Source: Gammaproteobacteria bacterium (GTDB taxonomy: Bacteria; Pseudomonadota; Gammaproteobacteria; Steroidobacterales; JBCCMA01). From it: a DNA stretch of 64,000 nucleotides. The stretch's first letter is position 1, and the number at the start of each line of letters is the position of its first letter. The notes under the pieces were generated by a model that was not told the DNA's origin, did no database searches, and was given only the letters and a program-made list of their open reading frames with translations. Shown here piece by piece: positions 20,818 to 31,143 of the stretch. Both the position numbers and the translations under genes were made by a program. The stretch is taken from positions 53,592-117,591 of the forward strand of contig JBGCFP010000080.1 of NCBI GenBank assembly GCA_045107005.1. Reading direction: 5' to 3'.

Positions 20818-21572
20818 TGGCACACGAACCGTTAATTGCGGTCTTTATTGATTTTGAAAACCTCGCGCTGGGCGTGCGCGACATGAATTGGCGTAAATTT
20901 CAGATTGAGCTGATTCTGAAACGACTTCTGGAAAAGGGCCGCATCGTTTACAAACGGGCCTATTGCGACTGGCGCAATTACGCCAGCGCGGTGCGCGAAT
21001 TCCATCAAAAGGGTGTCGAAATGATCGACATTCCGCAGAGCAAAGTCAGCGGCAAAAACAGCGCGGATATTCGCATGGTCGTCGACGCTATTGATCTGTG
21101 TTATGCCAAGCAGCACATCGACATTTTCGCTCTGATATCCGGCGACAGCGACTTCTCACCGCTGGCGTCCAAGCTCAAGGAAAACGACAAGCGCGTGCTC
21201 GGCTGCGGCATTCGCAGCTCGACGTCCGACCTCCTGATTGCCAGTTGCGATGAGTTCGTGTTCTACGATGACCTCGTAGAAACCGCGCGCAAGCGCAAAC
21301 CCAAACGCAAGACTCGCAGCGACAAACCCAACGACAAGAAACAGGAAGCGATCGACAAGCTCACTGAGATCGTGCGCGCGCTCGACGCCGACTACGACCC
21401 GGTGTGGGGGTCAGCGATCAAGCAAACCTTGCGTCGGGTGTACCCAGGCTTTGCAGAACAGACTTACGGCTATCGGAATTTCTCGGACTTGCTCAACGAT
21501 GCGGCGACGCGTAACGCCGTGGATCTGGACTACGACGAGAATCGAGGTAACTACAAAGTCACGTTGCGGTAA
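20817..21572 (+). CDS. NYN (LabA-like) nuclease domain protein with C-terminal OST-HTH/LOTUS-like domain
   Basis: 251 aa. NYN pattern 'IAVFIDFENL..GKNSADIRMVVD..ALISGDSDFSPL', a Lys/Arg-rich linker, then 'WGSAIKQTLRRVYPGF..YGYRNFSDLL'. Its ATG overlaps the gdhB TAA (TAATG). Confidence 0.8.
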   Translation: MAHEPLIAVFIDFENLALGVRDMNWRKFQIELILKRLLEKGRIVYKRAYCDWRNYASAVREFHQKGVEMIDIPQSKVSGKNSADIRMVVDAIDLCYAKQHIDIFALISGDSDFSPLASKLKENDKRVLGCGIRSSTSDLLIASCDEFVFYDDLVETARKRKPKRKTRSDKPNDKKQEAIDKLTEIVRALDADYDPVWGSAIKQTLRRVYPGFAEQTYGYRNFSDLLNDAATRNAVDLDYDENRGNYKVTLR

Positions 21573-21595
21573 AAAAACGGGCCGCAAGCGGCCCG
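21571..21595. terminator. Hairpin between convergent genes (bidirectional terminator candidate)
   Basis: 'aaaaaaaCGGGCCGCaaGCGGCCCGtaaaaa' is an 8-bp GC stem flanked by A-runs, which gives a U-tract when read on the minus strand. It lies between the NYN gene stop (21572) and the minus-strand lipoprotein stop (21683). Confidence 0.6.
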
Positions 21596-21682
21596 TAAAA
21601 ACTCTTCAAGGGAGGGAGTTCAGGGGTGACTTAAACCCCTGTGCCAGGATTCACGCCGCGAGGGGATTGGCGGCGAAAACCA

Positions 21683-23002
21683 CTAACTCTGTGAAAACGT
21701 CTGGATTACGATATTCTGGACAAAGCCGCCGGTGACGCTGTCCTGCGACAGAACCCGAAGCTCACCATCATCGCTGCGCAACATCGACAGCGTCGTGATT
21801 TGGCCCCGACCAATGTCGAGGACCAACCGACCATCGCCCGATACCAGCCACGTCAGATCGCCGACCACGGTTCCGTTGGAGTGAGCAAAGTAACCGGTAC
21901 CGCCTGCGTTCAGAACAAAGTCCAAACCGGTGCCGTTGGTATTGCTGTAGCTGCCCACCGCGGTGGTTGCGTCAAACTGGCCTTCGAAGCGATACAGGTC
22001 GAAGTTGGCAACGTCGACGGTGACGGCTTCGTCCTGGGTATCTACGCGCTTTTGATTGATGCTGATTGACTCGCCCGATGCGGACAGCCGCTGCAGGATA
22101 TCGCGCTTGGCATCGCGACTGGCATGGGTCAATTCCAGATCGCCGTCGCTGTTCACTGCCCAGCTGCTCAAGCGCTGGATGCCGCTGTCGTCAAATGAGT
22201 TCAACAAGCCGCTACCGTCTTCAAACAGTGCGTAGGTCCGAAGCGACGTCGTGCTCATATAAACGCCTGGCACCAATTCTTCGTCGAAGTCTTCGGTCGC
22301 GAAGCCATCGCTCAGCAGCTTTTCAATCGCGGTGCCGAGCGTCCCGGGAGAGGTGACGTTCAGATCGTCGATAAACGTGCTGCTACCGTCGACAATGCCT
22401 TCGGCCAGGTCGAGCGTGGTATCAATGTCATTGGGCAAGGTCGTGCCATCGATCGCCTCAACCACGGCTTTGATGGCTGCACCAACGTTCAGGAGCGCTT
22501 CAGGGTCGACGCCACGGGAAGCCTGCATGAATTCGTCGTAGGAGTCGATGGAGCCGTCGTCTGTCGAATGACGAGTCAATACAAATTTGGCGGTCGTTAC
22601 GTTGGTAATGCGCGTGCCGGTCACGGTGCCGTCGGTGGATCGATCAAGCAGATCACCGACCGTCATGACGTCACCGAGGAAGTGAATGCCGGACGCGTTG
22701 CGCAGTGCACGCCCGTAGACAATATCGTCGAGGCTATCGTACTCGATGTCGACGCTGAAGCCACCGCTTACATCGCTGCTGCGCGACGCTTCGAATTCGC
22801 GATCACCAACGCGAAAGCTGACGATAGCGCTATCAATGGGGTCATCGGTCACGGCGCCGGTAATCGTGAGCTTGGAGGTGACGGGTGGCGGGGTGGCACT
22901 GCTGGTACTGGTTACTGCAGAAGTGGCATCGGATCCACCACCGCCGCAACCGACAAGGCCTGCAAAACTCAGTGCGATGCACAGTTTGCTTGAACAATTC
23001 AT
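21683..23002 (-). CDS. Hypothetical acidic lipoprotein
   Basis: 439 aa from the ATG at 23002. Lipobox 'LSFAGLVGC' followed by a Gly/Ser/Thr/Pro linker. Asp-rich body with no recognisable catalytic motif. Confidence 0.7.
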   Translation of the reverse strand: MNCSSKLCIALSFAGLVGCGGGGSDATSAVTSTSSATPPPVTSKLTITGAVTDDPIDSAIVSFRVGDREFEASRSSDVSGGFSVDIEYDSLDDIVYGRALRNASGIHFLGDVMTVGDLLDRSTDGTVTGTRITNVTTAKFVLTRHSTDDGSIDSYDEFMQASRGVDPEALLNVGAAIKAVVEAIDGTTLPNDIDTTLDLAEGIVDGSSTFIDDLNVTSPGTLGTAIEKLLSDGFATEDFDEELVPGVYMSTTSLRTYALFEDGSGLLNSFDDSGIQRLSSWAVNSDGDLELTHASRDAKRDILQRLSASGESISINQKRVDTQDEAVTVDVANFDLYRFEGQFDATTAVGSYSNTNGTGLDFVLNAGGTGYFAHSNGTVVGDLTWLVSGDGRLVLDIGRGQITTLSMLRSDDGELRVLSQDSVTGGFVQNIVIQTFSQS

Positions 23003-23426
23003 TTTATATCCCTCTAACATTTTCATCGTCAAAATGACGACGTAAAAAATGTCGAGAGGATCCGGACAACGTTTGAACGAACCGTGTTCAAGACGTCAGG
23101 CAGTGGCTAAGAGACAGCTCGCGGGTATGCCCACCGCGCAAGTTTATGCCGAAAAAATGCTGTTATCCCTAACTGACCCTGGCAGCTCCGCTGTCCTGTG
23201 ACTTAACAGGACCGGTGGCTTTGCGTCCTCACCTTACGACGAGTTTGCTCTTTTCAGAGACGTTTGCGTTGGCGCTAGACCAATCGCTCACGGGACGTAT
23301 GAGACCATATCCGTGGCGGTTTTCACTAAGCACTGAATCACAGTTCTTCACATGCTTATCAACAGCAGGGCAAACTGATAAGTTATGGCAAGCGTTTTTT
23401 TACGTTCTGTCAACTTGCGAGAACTT

Positions 23427-23780
23427 ATGACAACCCTTTTCGAGAAAATCATCGCGGGCGAACTGCCCGGCGATTTCGTACACAGCGACGAACGTGTGGT
23501 TGCGATACGCGACATAAACCCGATTGCGCCCGTACATATATTGATTATTCCGCGTAAACCGATCCCAACGATCAACGATCTGACCGTCGACGATGAACCA
23601 CTGATGGGCCACCTGTTCAGTGTGGCCAGACGCATTGCTCGGACAGAAGGCGTTGCCGAGGACGGCTATCGCCTGGTCTTTAACTGCAATGCAAACGGCG
23701 GTCAGGAGGTGTATCACCTGCACCTGCATTTGATCGGTGGCGCCAAGCTCTCGGGCATGGGCGCGGCACGTTCCGCATGA
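23427..23780 (+). CDS. HIT family (HinT-like) nucleotide hydrolase
   Basis: 117 aa from the ATG at 23427. Histidine triad 'HLHLHLIGG'. Confidence 0.85.
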   Translation: MTTLFEKIIAGELPGDFVHSDERVVAIRDINPIAPVHILIIPRKPIPTINDLTVDDEPLMGHLFSVARRIARTEGVAEDGYRLVFNCNANGGQEVYHLHLHLIGGAKLSGMGAARSA

Positions 23781-24517
23781 CGACGCCGTGGCTGTTTGAC
23801 GAGGCGCCAGCTGTCGTTGCCCATCGCGGCTATGCCGGCCGCTACCCGGAAAACACCGTGCTCGCGCTGGCGGCGGCCGTGGCTTACGGCGCTCGCTTCC
23901 TCGAACTCGACGTGCAGCTCACACGGGACGGCGTACCGGTGGTGTGCCACGATGACACTCTGCAGCGCTGCGGTAACGATCCCCGTCGCGTGCTGGATCA
24001 CGACTGGCGAGATCTGCGCGGGGCCAGCGTGGGCGAGCCTGATCGCTTCGGGGAGCGCTATGCGCACGTTGCGTTGTCGACACTGGCCGACGTCGCGGCG
24101 CATCTGCGACGCTGGCCAGAGACGACCTGCTTCGTTGAGATCAAGGAACACAGCACCAAACAGTTTGGCGTCGACAATACGGTTAAACGCGTGCTCGAAG
24201 CGCTCGGTGATCTCCAACACCCCTTTGTCGTGTTGTCGTTCGTCGATGAGGTCATTACGCAAGCCAAGGCTCAGGGCGCCGCGCTCACCGGCTGGGTCGT
24301 AACCGACTGGAACGACGACGGTCAGGCGCGCCTCAACGCGCTCGCACCCGACTACGTCTATTGCAACCAGGACAAAATTGCGCGCGACGATGCGCTGTGG
24401 CCCGGACCCTGGCACTGGGTGCTGTACGAGGTAACCAAGCCCGAAGATGCGCAGCGCTGGCGCGCGGCGGGGGCAGCAATGATTGAATCCATGCACCCTC
24501 CTACGTTCATCACTTAG
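23777..24517 (+). CDS. Glycerophosphodiester phosphodiesterase family protein
   Basis: 246 aa with GDPD N-terminal motifs '[14 protein letters not shown]' and '[18 protein letters not shown]'. ATGA overlap with the HIT gene. Confidence 0.8.
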   Translation: MTTPWLFDEAPAVVAHRGYAGRYPENTVLALAAAVAYGARFLELDVQLTRDGVPVVCHDDTLQRCGNDPRRVLDHDWRDLRGASVGEPDRFGERYAHVALSTLADVAAHLRRWPETTCFVEIKEHSTKQFGVDNTVKRVLEALGDLQHPFVVLSFVDEVITQAKAQGAALTGWVVTDWNDDGQARLNALAPDYVYCNQDKIARDDALWPGPWHWVLYEVTKPEDAQRWRAAGAAMIESMHPPTFIT

Positions 24518-24579
24518 TCTTTACTCGCGTTTGCTTCGGCGCGCATAATTCGCCCCGTTGGCTTTGGTGGAGAAAAAAC

Positions 24580-25116
24580 GTGAAAATCGTACGCGGACTG
24601 TTTATTGGCCTAATCGTATTTATCTTGCTCATCGGTGTGGTGGGCTTTTTCCTGCCCTCTGAGGCACACGTTGAACGCAGCACGGTCATCAAGGCAACGC
24701 CGGCTGAAGTCTATGACGTGATCATCGATTTTGAGCAATTCAACGACTGGTCCCCGTGGCACGACCTGGATCCCGACGCCCGCTACGAGTACAGCGGCGG
24801 CAATCGAGTCATCGGCAGCAGTTTCGCCTGGTTCAGCGACAAGCCCGAGGTGGGCAACGGCCGTCAGACCATCACGTCCATGGAAACCAACCAATCGGTT
24901 GTCATGCGTCTGGAATTTGAAGGGCAAGATCCAGCCGACAGCTTCTTTACGCTGACGCCGACGGCTGAGGGCACCGATGTCGTGTGGGGGTTCGACACTG
25001 ACCTGGGCGCGAACCCCTATCTACACTATTTGTCGCTGTTCATGGATACGTTTCTGGGGCCATCCTATGAAGATGGACTCCGTCGCTTGAAAACGTACGT
25101 GGAATCGAAGCCCTAA
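24580..25116 (+). CDS. SRPBCC (START/polyketide-cyclase-like) family protein with N-terminal membrane anchor
   Basis: 178 aa, GTG start. N-terminal TM 'LFIGLIVFILLIGVVGFFL', then the SRPBCC-like 'ERSTVIKATPAEVYDVIIDFEQFNDWSPW'. Confidence 0.7.
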   Translation: MKIVRGLFIGLIVFILLIGVVGFFLPSEAHVERSTVIKATPAEVYDVIIDFEQFNDWSPWHDLDPDARYEYSGGNRVIGSSFAWFSDKPEVGNGRQTITSMETNQSVVMRLEFEGQDPADSFFTLTPTAEGTDVVWGFDTDLGANPYLHYLSLFMDTFLGPSYEDGLRRLKTYVESKP

Positions 25117-25559
25117 GCCTGGTAGGGCTCAACCACAAGCTCGGTTCCTTCCACTTGCAGCACCACGACGACGCCGCCGACCGGCGTGTCGGGACCGCGC
25201 ACTTTCCACAGCGAATCATCGACGTTGACCTTGCCCCGTTCATTGACGATCGGCTCGCTTAACGTGAAACGACGACCGACGAGCGATTGCCCGCGCTGGT
25301 TCAAATTTGGATAGGGATCCTGGTCCGGATTCGCCCGCTTGTAGGCGCGCCAGCCAAAAATACTGGCAACGCTCAGCACGCAAAACAACAACCACTGCAG
25401 ATACCAGGGCATGGGAACGACTGCCAGCAGTAGCCCAACGACGCCGGCGGCGACGCTCATCCACAAAAAAAACGCTCCGGGAGCAAACACTTCGAGAATG
25501 ATCAACACAACGGCTGCAATCAGCCAGTGCCAGTAGGTCATTTGGCTGAGAAGCTCCAC
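25113..25559 (-). CDS. NfeD family membrane protein
   Basis: 148 aa with three N-terminal TM segments plus a C-terminal OB-like soluble domain. It is immediately downstream of an SPFH gene, the classical NfeD/SPFH pair. Confidence 0.8.
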   Translation of the reverse strand: MELLSQMTYWHWLIAAVVLIILEVFAPGAFFLWMSVAAGVVGLLLAVVPMPWYLQWLLFCVLSVASIFGWRAYKRANPDQDPYPNLNQRGQSLVGRRFTLSEPIVNERGKVNVDDSLWKVRGPDTPVGGVVVVLQVEGTELVVEPYQA

Positions 25560-25560
25560 G

Positions 25561-26493
25561 TTACTTGACCCCGTCGTCTTTACGCGCCGATGTGGCTTGG
25601 GCGGCCAACTCGCCGATACCTGCGATCGAACCCATCAGGTTAGTGGCTTCGAGGGGTAGGAAAATCACTTTCTGATTGGGGCTCGCTCCAATCGTTTGCA
25701 GCGCATCGGTGTATTTCTGAGCAACAAAATAATTAACGGCCTGAACATCGCCTTGCGCTATGGCTTTGGACACCATCATGGTGGCTTTCGCCTCCGCTTC
25801 GGCCAAACGCTCGCGCGCTTCTGCGTCGCGAAATGCCGACTCTTTGCGCCCTTCCGCCTCCAGAATCGCCGCTTGCTTTTCACCGGTCGCACGCAGAATC
25901 TCAGCCTGTTTATGACCATCGGCCTCAAGAACATTGGCGCGCTTGTCGCGCTCGGCTTTCATTTGGTTTGCCATGGACGCAACGATATCGGCAGGTGGCG
26001 AGATATCCTTGATTTCGATTCGCGTGACTTTAACTCCCCACGGCGTGGTCGCCTCATCCACCACGACCAATAGCTTGGCGTTAATCTCATCGCGCTTGCT
26101 CAAGCTTTCATCCAGATCCAGCGAGCCCAGAACGGTACGAATGTTGGTCATGGTCAGATTCAGAATGGCGAGCTCAAGGTTATTCACCTCGTAAGAGGCT
26201 TTGACCCCATCAATGATCTGATAAAAAACCACACCGTTGACCTGCACCACGGCGTTGTCGCGCGTGATGACGTCCTGCGACGGAACGTCGAGCACCTGCT
26301 CTTTCATATTGACCTTGGCGCCAATTTGATCGAGGAAGGGAATAATGATGCCCAGGCCCGGACGCAACGTGGTGCGATACTTGCCGAATCGCTGTACCAG
26401 CCACTCGTAACCCTGAGGCACCATTTTGGCGCCGGCAAAAAGCACGACGATCGTGCCAAATACCAGAATAATCACTAACTCTGTGCCACCCAT
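25561..26493 (-). CDS. SPFH/Band 7 (stomatin/paraslipin-like) protein
   Basis: 310 aa with an N-terminal TM, an SPFH core ('[26 protein letters not shown]') and an Ala/Glu-rich coiled-coil tail. Confidence 0.9.
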   Translation of the reverse strand: MGGTELVIILVFGTIVVLFAGAKMVPQGYEWLVQRFGKYRTTLRPGLGIIIPFLDQIGAKVNMKEQVLDVPSQDVITRDNAVVQVNGVVFYQIIDGVKASYEVNNLELAILNLTMTNIRTVLGSLDLDESLSKRDEINAKLLVVVDEATTPWGVKVTRIEIKDISPPADIVASMANQMKAERDKRANVLEADGHKQAEILRATGEKQAAILEAEGRKESAFRDAEARERLAEAEAKATMMVSKAIAQGDVQAVNYFVAQKYTDALQTIGASPNQKVIFLPLEATNLMGSIAGIGELAAQATSARKDDGVK

Positions 26494-26545
26494 CGCGCGT
26501 CTTCCTTATGGTTGTGTTTTCGAACTGACCGGCATGCAGCTCGGA

Positions 26546-28408
26546 CTAGAACATGCCGGTTGGCGTGGGGACGTCTTCGTCGTCGCCTTCATAGCGACTG
26601 TTGATAAATGGCCCCGTGACCATTTGATTATACCCTTGGCCTGGACCGACCATGGGGTACACACAGGCATCGGGATCAATCATCACTTCGAGGAATGCCG
26701 GTCCGTCAAACGCGACAAATTCTCCGATCACCCGTTCGATGTGGGCTTTGTCGGTCAGACGTTCGGCGTATGGAAACCCATCAGCCTGCGCCGCCAGAAT
26801 AAAGTCTTTCTTGCACAGCGAACGATCGCTGGCGGCCAGGCGACCGCGGAAGAACAGTTTCTGCCACTGCTTCACCATGCCGTCGCCGAAATTGTTCAGA
26901 ACGACAATCTTCACCGGCAGGTTGTAGGTCGTGACCGTTTCCAACTCGCCAAGGTTCATGCGCATACTCGAATCACCGTCAATGTCGATGACCATTTTGT
27001 CGGGGTTGGCAAATTGCGCACCAATGGCCGCGGGCAAACCAAAGCCCATGGTGCCCATGCTGCCGGACGTCAACCAGCGCCGTGGGTGTTTGTAGTCAAA
27101 GTATTGCGCGGCCCACATTTGATGCTGGCCGACACCGGTGGCAACGATGGCTTCACCTTTGGTCAGGCGGTTGAGCTCTTCGATTATGTGGTAGGGCTGA
27201 ATCCGGTCGCTGTCGCGATCGTAGTTAAGCGCGTATTTCTTGCACAACTTGGCGACGTGCTCGTGCCAATCGCGCAGATGCAGACGGAAATTTCGAGCCG
27301 TACCAAAACGTGTCACGTCCGTGAGCGCTTCGGCCAGATTGCCAACGTGATGCCACTGTGCCGATTTCACTTTGCCAATCTCGGTGACGTCGATGTCAAA
27401 GTGAGCAATCGTGCGCGCCTTGGCCGCAAACTGCTTGGGCACGCCCGCAACGCGATCGTCAAAACGAGCGGCAGCGCAAATCAGAAAATCGCAGTCTTCG
27501 ACCGCATAGTTGGCATACGCCATGCCGTGCATGCCCAGCATGTGCAGGTTAAGCGGCTCGGTTGTGTCGACCGCGCCGATGCCCATCAGCGTGGTGACCA
27601 CCGGAATATCGAACGCCTTGGCAAACGCACGCAGCGCTTCGGACGCGTTGCCGTTGATCACGCCACCGCCGGCGTAGATCAGCGGTCGTTTTGACTGCCC
27701 GAGCAGTCTAAAAAATTCCTGCGCGGATTCGTCGGTGACTTTGTTGGTATTCAAGCGTGCCATGCGCTGGCGATAGCCAGGGACCGGCAGTCGTTTGGCG
27801 CCGTCGAACGGGCCCTGCCAATTCTGCACATCTTTGGGAATATCGACGACGACCGGGCCTGGCCGACCGGTGCGAGCGATCTCGAACGCGGTACGCATCG
27901 TCGCTTCCAAACGGGTCGGGTCGGTCACCAGAAAAACGTGCTTGCACGCCGCGCCCATGATGCTGGCCACAGGCGCTTCCTGAAACGCATCAGTGCCGAT
28001 GGCGGCAGTCGGAACCTGCCCGCACAGCACCACGATGGGCACCGAATCGGCCATACAGTCGCGCACGGGAGTTACCGTATTCGTGGCGCCCGGGCCCGAC
28101 GTGACCACGGCTACTCCAACTTTGCCGGTGGAGCGCGCGTAGCCAGCCGCCATGAAAGCGGCGCCTTGCTCGTTGGCTGGGACGATCAGCGGCATCGCCG
28201 ACTGTTCGACCCCGCCGCTGGCGTCGCCGTGTTCCTTGTTGTAGCGAAAGACCGCATCGAAGGTGGGCAAGATCGCACCACCGCTGTAGCCAAACAGCAT
28301 ATCGACGCCTTCGTCCGCCAAAATCTGCACAATCATTTCGGCGCCCGACATTTCGGTGCCGGCGAGCGGATGGGCGGCCGCTGCTTCAGGCTGATGATGT
28401 TCAAACAT
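26546..28408 (-). CDS. ilvI: Acetolactate synthase (acetohydroxyacid synthase), large catalytic subunit
   Basis: 620 aa with ThDP-enzyme motifs 'VTSGPGATN', 'GSMGTMGFGLPAAIGA' and 'DIDGDSSMRMNLGELETV', typical of biosynthetic AHAS. Confidence 0.9.
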   Translation of the reverse strand: MFEHHQPEAAAAHPLAGTEMSGAEMIVQILADEGVDMLFGYSGGAILPTFDAVFRYNKEHGDASGGVEQSAMPLIVPANEQGAAFMAAGYARSTGKVGVAVVTSGPGATNTVTPVRDCMADSVPIVVLCGQVPTAAIGTDAFQEAPVASIMGAACKHVFLVTDPTRLEATMRTAFEIARTGRPGPVVVDIPKDVQNWQGPFDGAKRLPVPGYRQRMARLNTNKVTDESAQEFFRLLGQSKRPLIYAGGGVINGNASEALRAFAKAFDIPVVTTLMGIGAVDTTEPLNLHMLGMHGMAYANYAVEDCDFLICAAARFDDRVAGVPKQFAAKARTIAHFDIDVTEIGKVKSAQWHHVGNLAEALTDVTRFGTARNFRLHLRDWHEHVAKLCKKYALNYDRDSDRIQPYHIIEELNRLTKGEAIVATGVGQHQMWAAQYFDYKHPRRWLTSGSMGTMGFGLPAAIGAQFANPDKMVIDIDGDSSMRMNLGELETVTTYNLPVKIVVLNNFGDGMVKQWQKLFFRGRLAASDRSLCKKDFILAAQADGFPYAERLTDKAHIERVIGEFVAFDGPAFLEVMIDPDACVYPMVGPGQGYNQMVTGPFINSRYEGDDEDVPTPTGMF

Positions 28409-28543
28409 GGTCGATCCTCTGCGGTGCGCCTTGGCGGTTGCGTCGCTGTGAACGCTCGATTACTCTGCACGTGGCGCGGTGCAACACGTCAGAGCGTACC
28501 AACCGCAAGCAGCAAATACCACAGTTCCCCGCACGAAACGTTT

Positions 28544-29035
28544 ATGCGACACATCATCTCCATCGAACTGCAAAACGAAGCGGGCGCACTGACCCGGGTC
28601 GCGGGTCTGTTTTCCAATCGCGGCTACAACATCGAGTCGCTCCACGTCGCGCCGACGGAAGACGCCGCGATCTCTCGCCTGACGCTGGTGACCACCGGTT
28701 CCAACGACGTCATTCAACAAATCTGTAATCAGCTGTTGAAGCTCGTCGATGTGGTGGCGCTGCTCGACATGACGCGGTCGGGCCACATCGAGCGTGAGCT
28801 TTTATTGTTAAAAATGGTGCTCGACGGCGCGCCTGAAGAGGCGTTTGATGACCTGATGCGCGAGAACGGTGCTCGCATTCTGGACGATCGGCCCAGCTCG
28901 TATACGTTGGAGCTGACGGCCTCCGGCCCACGTATTGATGCGTTTATGGAACGCGCGAGAACCCACGGCGAAGTCGTGACCGTCGTGCGCAGCGGCATCA
29001 TGGCGCTCAGCCGCGGAACGCCGCTCGTCGGCTGA
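28544..29035 (+). CDS. ilvH: Acetolactate synthase, small regulatory subunit
   Basis: 163 aa from the ATG at 28544. ACT-domain start 'MRHIISIELQNEAGALTRVAGLFSNRGYNIESL'. The upstream part of the 27938 ORF is antisense to ilvI. Confidence 0.9.
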   Translation: MRHIISIELQNEAGALTRVAGLFSNRGYNIESLHVAPTEDAAISRLTLVTTGSNDVIQQICNQLLKLVDVVALLDMTRSGHIERELLLLKMVLDGAPEEAFDDLMRENGARILDDRPSSYTLELTASGPRIDAFMERARTHGEVVTVVRSGIMALSRGTPLVG

Positions 29036-29049
29036 ATCTCTTAACGATC

Positions 29050-30600
29050 ATGAGCGCTACAGCGCAAGCCATGAACGACCCGGTGCTGATGAACAAGATT
29101 CGTCGGTCGCGGGTGTATGACGTGGCGATTCGCTCGGCACTCAGCGAAGCCCTTGGCCTAAGCACGAGAATCAGCAACCGAGTGCTGCTAAAGCGCGAGG
29201 ATCAACAGCCCATTTTTTCGTTCAAGCTGCGCGGCGCTTACAATCGCCTTGCCAGTCTGACGCCGGCCGAACGTAAACAGGGCGTCATTTGCGCCTCCGC
29301 CGGTAATCACGCTCAAGGCGTCGCGCTGGCGGCGCAAGCGCTGGGCTCAACCGCACTCATCGTAATGCCCGTCACCACGCCCGCCATTAAAGTCGACGCG
29401 GTGCGTTCGCTGGGTGCGAGCGTCGAGCTTGCTGGCGATGACTACGACGCGGCCTGCACCAGGGCGCACGAACTGGCTGGCGAGCGCGCGCGAATTTTTA
29501 TCCACCCGTTCGACGATGAGCTGGTGATTGCCGGCCAGGGCACGGTCGGCATGGAGATTATGGAACAGTGCGTGCCGCCACCGGATGTTGTGTTCATTCC
29601 GGTTGGTGGCGGCGGATTGGCCGCGGGCGCAGCCGCGTACATCAAGCACGTCAGCCCGCGCACCAAAGTCATCGGTGTGGAACCGGTCGACTCGCCCAGC
29701 ATGCAAGCCGCGCTCGACGCCGGGTCACCGGTCACTCTGGATCGCGTTGGCAGTTTCGCTGACGGCGTGGCCGTGCGCACCGTGGGCACGCGGACGTTTG
29801 AACTGTGCACGCGTTATTTGGATGGGATGGTGCAAGTCACCACAGATCAGATGTGCGCCGCGATCAAAGACATTTTTAATGAAACGCGCACGGTGACCGA
29901 AGCCGCTGGCGCAATCGCCGTGGCGGGCATGAAACGCTACGTCGCTGACCAGGACCTGAGTGACAAAACGCTGGTTGCCATCGTCAGCGGCGCCAATATG
30001 AATTTTGATCGCCTGCTGCACGTTGCGGAGCGGGCGAACATCGGGGAGCACAGCGAGGCTTTGCTGGCGGTGGAAATTGACGAGTGCAAAGGCAGTTTCC
30101 TGCGTTTTTGCCAGGCGCTGGGCGCGCGTTCTGTCAGTGAATTCAACTACCGCTATGCCGGTACCGCGCGCGCCCGAATTTTTGTCGGCGTGGGCTTGTC
30201 CCGGGGCGAGGAAGAAAAACAGGAAATTCTGGACTCACTGACCGAACAGAGTTTTCGCTGTCTCGATTTGTCCGACAACGATCTGGCGAAAAACCACGTC
30301 CGCCATACCGTCGGCGGTTATCGCAACGACGTCGCCCACGAACGCATTTTGCGTTTTGAGTTTCCAGAGCGCGCCGGTGCGCTGGCTCAGTTTCTGCGCT
30401 CGGTGGGCGAGAGCTGGAACATTAGTTTGTTTCACTATCGCAACCACGGGTCGGACTACGGGCGCGTGTTGTGCGGCATTCAGGTGCCGCCGGACGCGCT
30501 GGATCAGTTCAATGCCCATCTTGATCAGCTTGGCTATCACTACGTCGACGAGACGGCGAACCCGGCTTGTGATCTGTTCTTCGGTGACGCAACCCGCTAG
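29050..30600 (+). CDS. ilvA: Threonine ammonia-lyase (threonine dehydratase), biosynthetic
   Basis: 516 aa. PLP-lysine motif 'FSFKLRGAYN', 'SAGNHAQG', and two C-terminal regulatory ACT-like repeats. Confidence 0.9.
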   Translation: MSATAQAMNDPVLMNKIRRSRVYDVAIRSALSEALGLSTRISNRVLLKREDQQPIFSFKLRGAYNRLASLTPAERKQGVICASAGNHAQGVALAAQALGSTALIVMPVTTPAIKVDAVRSLGASVELAGDDYDAACTRAHELAGERARIFIHPFDDELVIAGQGTVGMEIMEQCVPPPDVVFIPVGGGGLAAGAAAYIKHVSPRTKVIGVEPVDSPSMQAALDAGSPVTLDRVGSFADGVAVRTVGTRTFELCTRYLDGMVQVTTDQMCAAIKDIFNETRTVTEAAGAIAVAGMKRYVADQDLSDKTLVAIVSGANMNFDRLLHVAERANIGEHSEALLAVEIDECKGSFLRFCQALGARSVSEFNYRYAGTARARIFVGVGLSRGEEEKQEILDSLTEQSFRCLDLSDNDLAKNHVRHTVGGYRNDVAHERILRFEFPERAGALAQFLRSVGESWNISLFHYRNHGSDYGRVLCGIQVPPDALDQFNAHLDQLGYHYVDETANPACDLFFGDATR

Positions 30601-30777
30601 GTCCATCAAGCTGCACACTCGGGGTCAGAGTACATCTAACACTATCCGGGCACGCGCGTAGTCCTTGCGATTAATTGCTGGCGCGTCAGGATGCGATCTT
30701 GGCACCAAAAACAAACGCTAAGGGCCGCGCATTGATCCGATCCGCCGCTATTCACACGCCGTATGCTTTAGCGCCTA

Positions 30778-31143
30778 TCACTCACAGATCTGATCGACAT
30801 ACTCAGGCAGAGTCATGACGCTGGCGAACCCAAGCCCCTCCGCATCCTCAAGATTGACGGTGCGGATTTCATACACGTTGATCACACCGCCTTGCGCACC
30901 ACAAACCGCTGGATAGACGTTCCCGTCGTTACCTAACTGGGCGCAGACTACGTCAATACTCGCGTTGACGAGCTCCATTTGCATGTCATCCAAGGGTGTT
31001 CCGCTGTCCGCCTGGCATTGAACGGCGCCGCTCCTTTTGAAGACTTTCGAGTTGCCCTTCGCTGCCGTTGACTCATTGCATCCGGCCAGACTAACCGACA
31101 GCAGCAGCGTGGTCCCAAGAATGATCAGATTTTCTGTGCGCAT
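30778..31143 (-). CDS. Hypothetical small lipoprotein (four conserved-looking Cys)
   Basis: 121 aa. Lipobox 'LSVSLAGC'. Four further Cys residues suggest two disulfides. No family recognised. Confidence 0.6.
   Translation of the reverse strand: MRTENLIILGTTLLLSVSLAGCNESTAAKGNSKVFKRSGAVQCQADSGTPLDDMQMELVNASIDVVCAQLGNDGNVYPAVCGAQGGVINVYEIRTVNLEDAEGLGFASVMTLPEYVDQICE

Noticed and set aside
23033-23426. ~390-bp intergenic region with a perfect 7-bp hairpin (GTCCTGTgacttaACAGGAC, 23193-23212) as a possible ncRNA
   Set aside because: I could not match it to any RNA family I know (no tmRNA, RNase P, SRP, 6S or riboswitch hallmarks). It is probably a divergent promoter region. An Rfam scan would settle it.
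27938-28543. 202-codon N-terminal extension of the ilvH ORF
   Set aside because: It is antisense to the ilvI 5' region and its translation is Arg/His-rich. The ACT-domain protein begins at the ATG at 28544.
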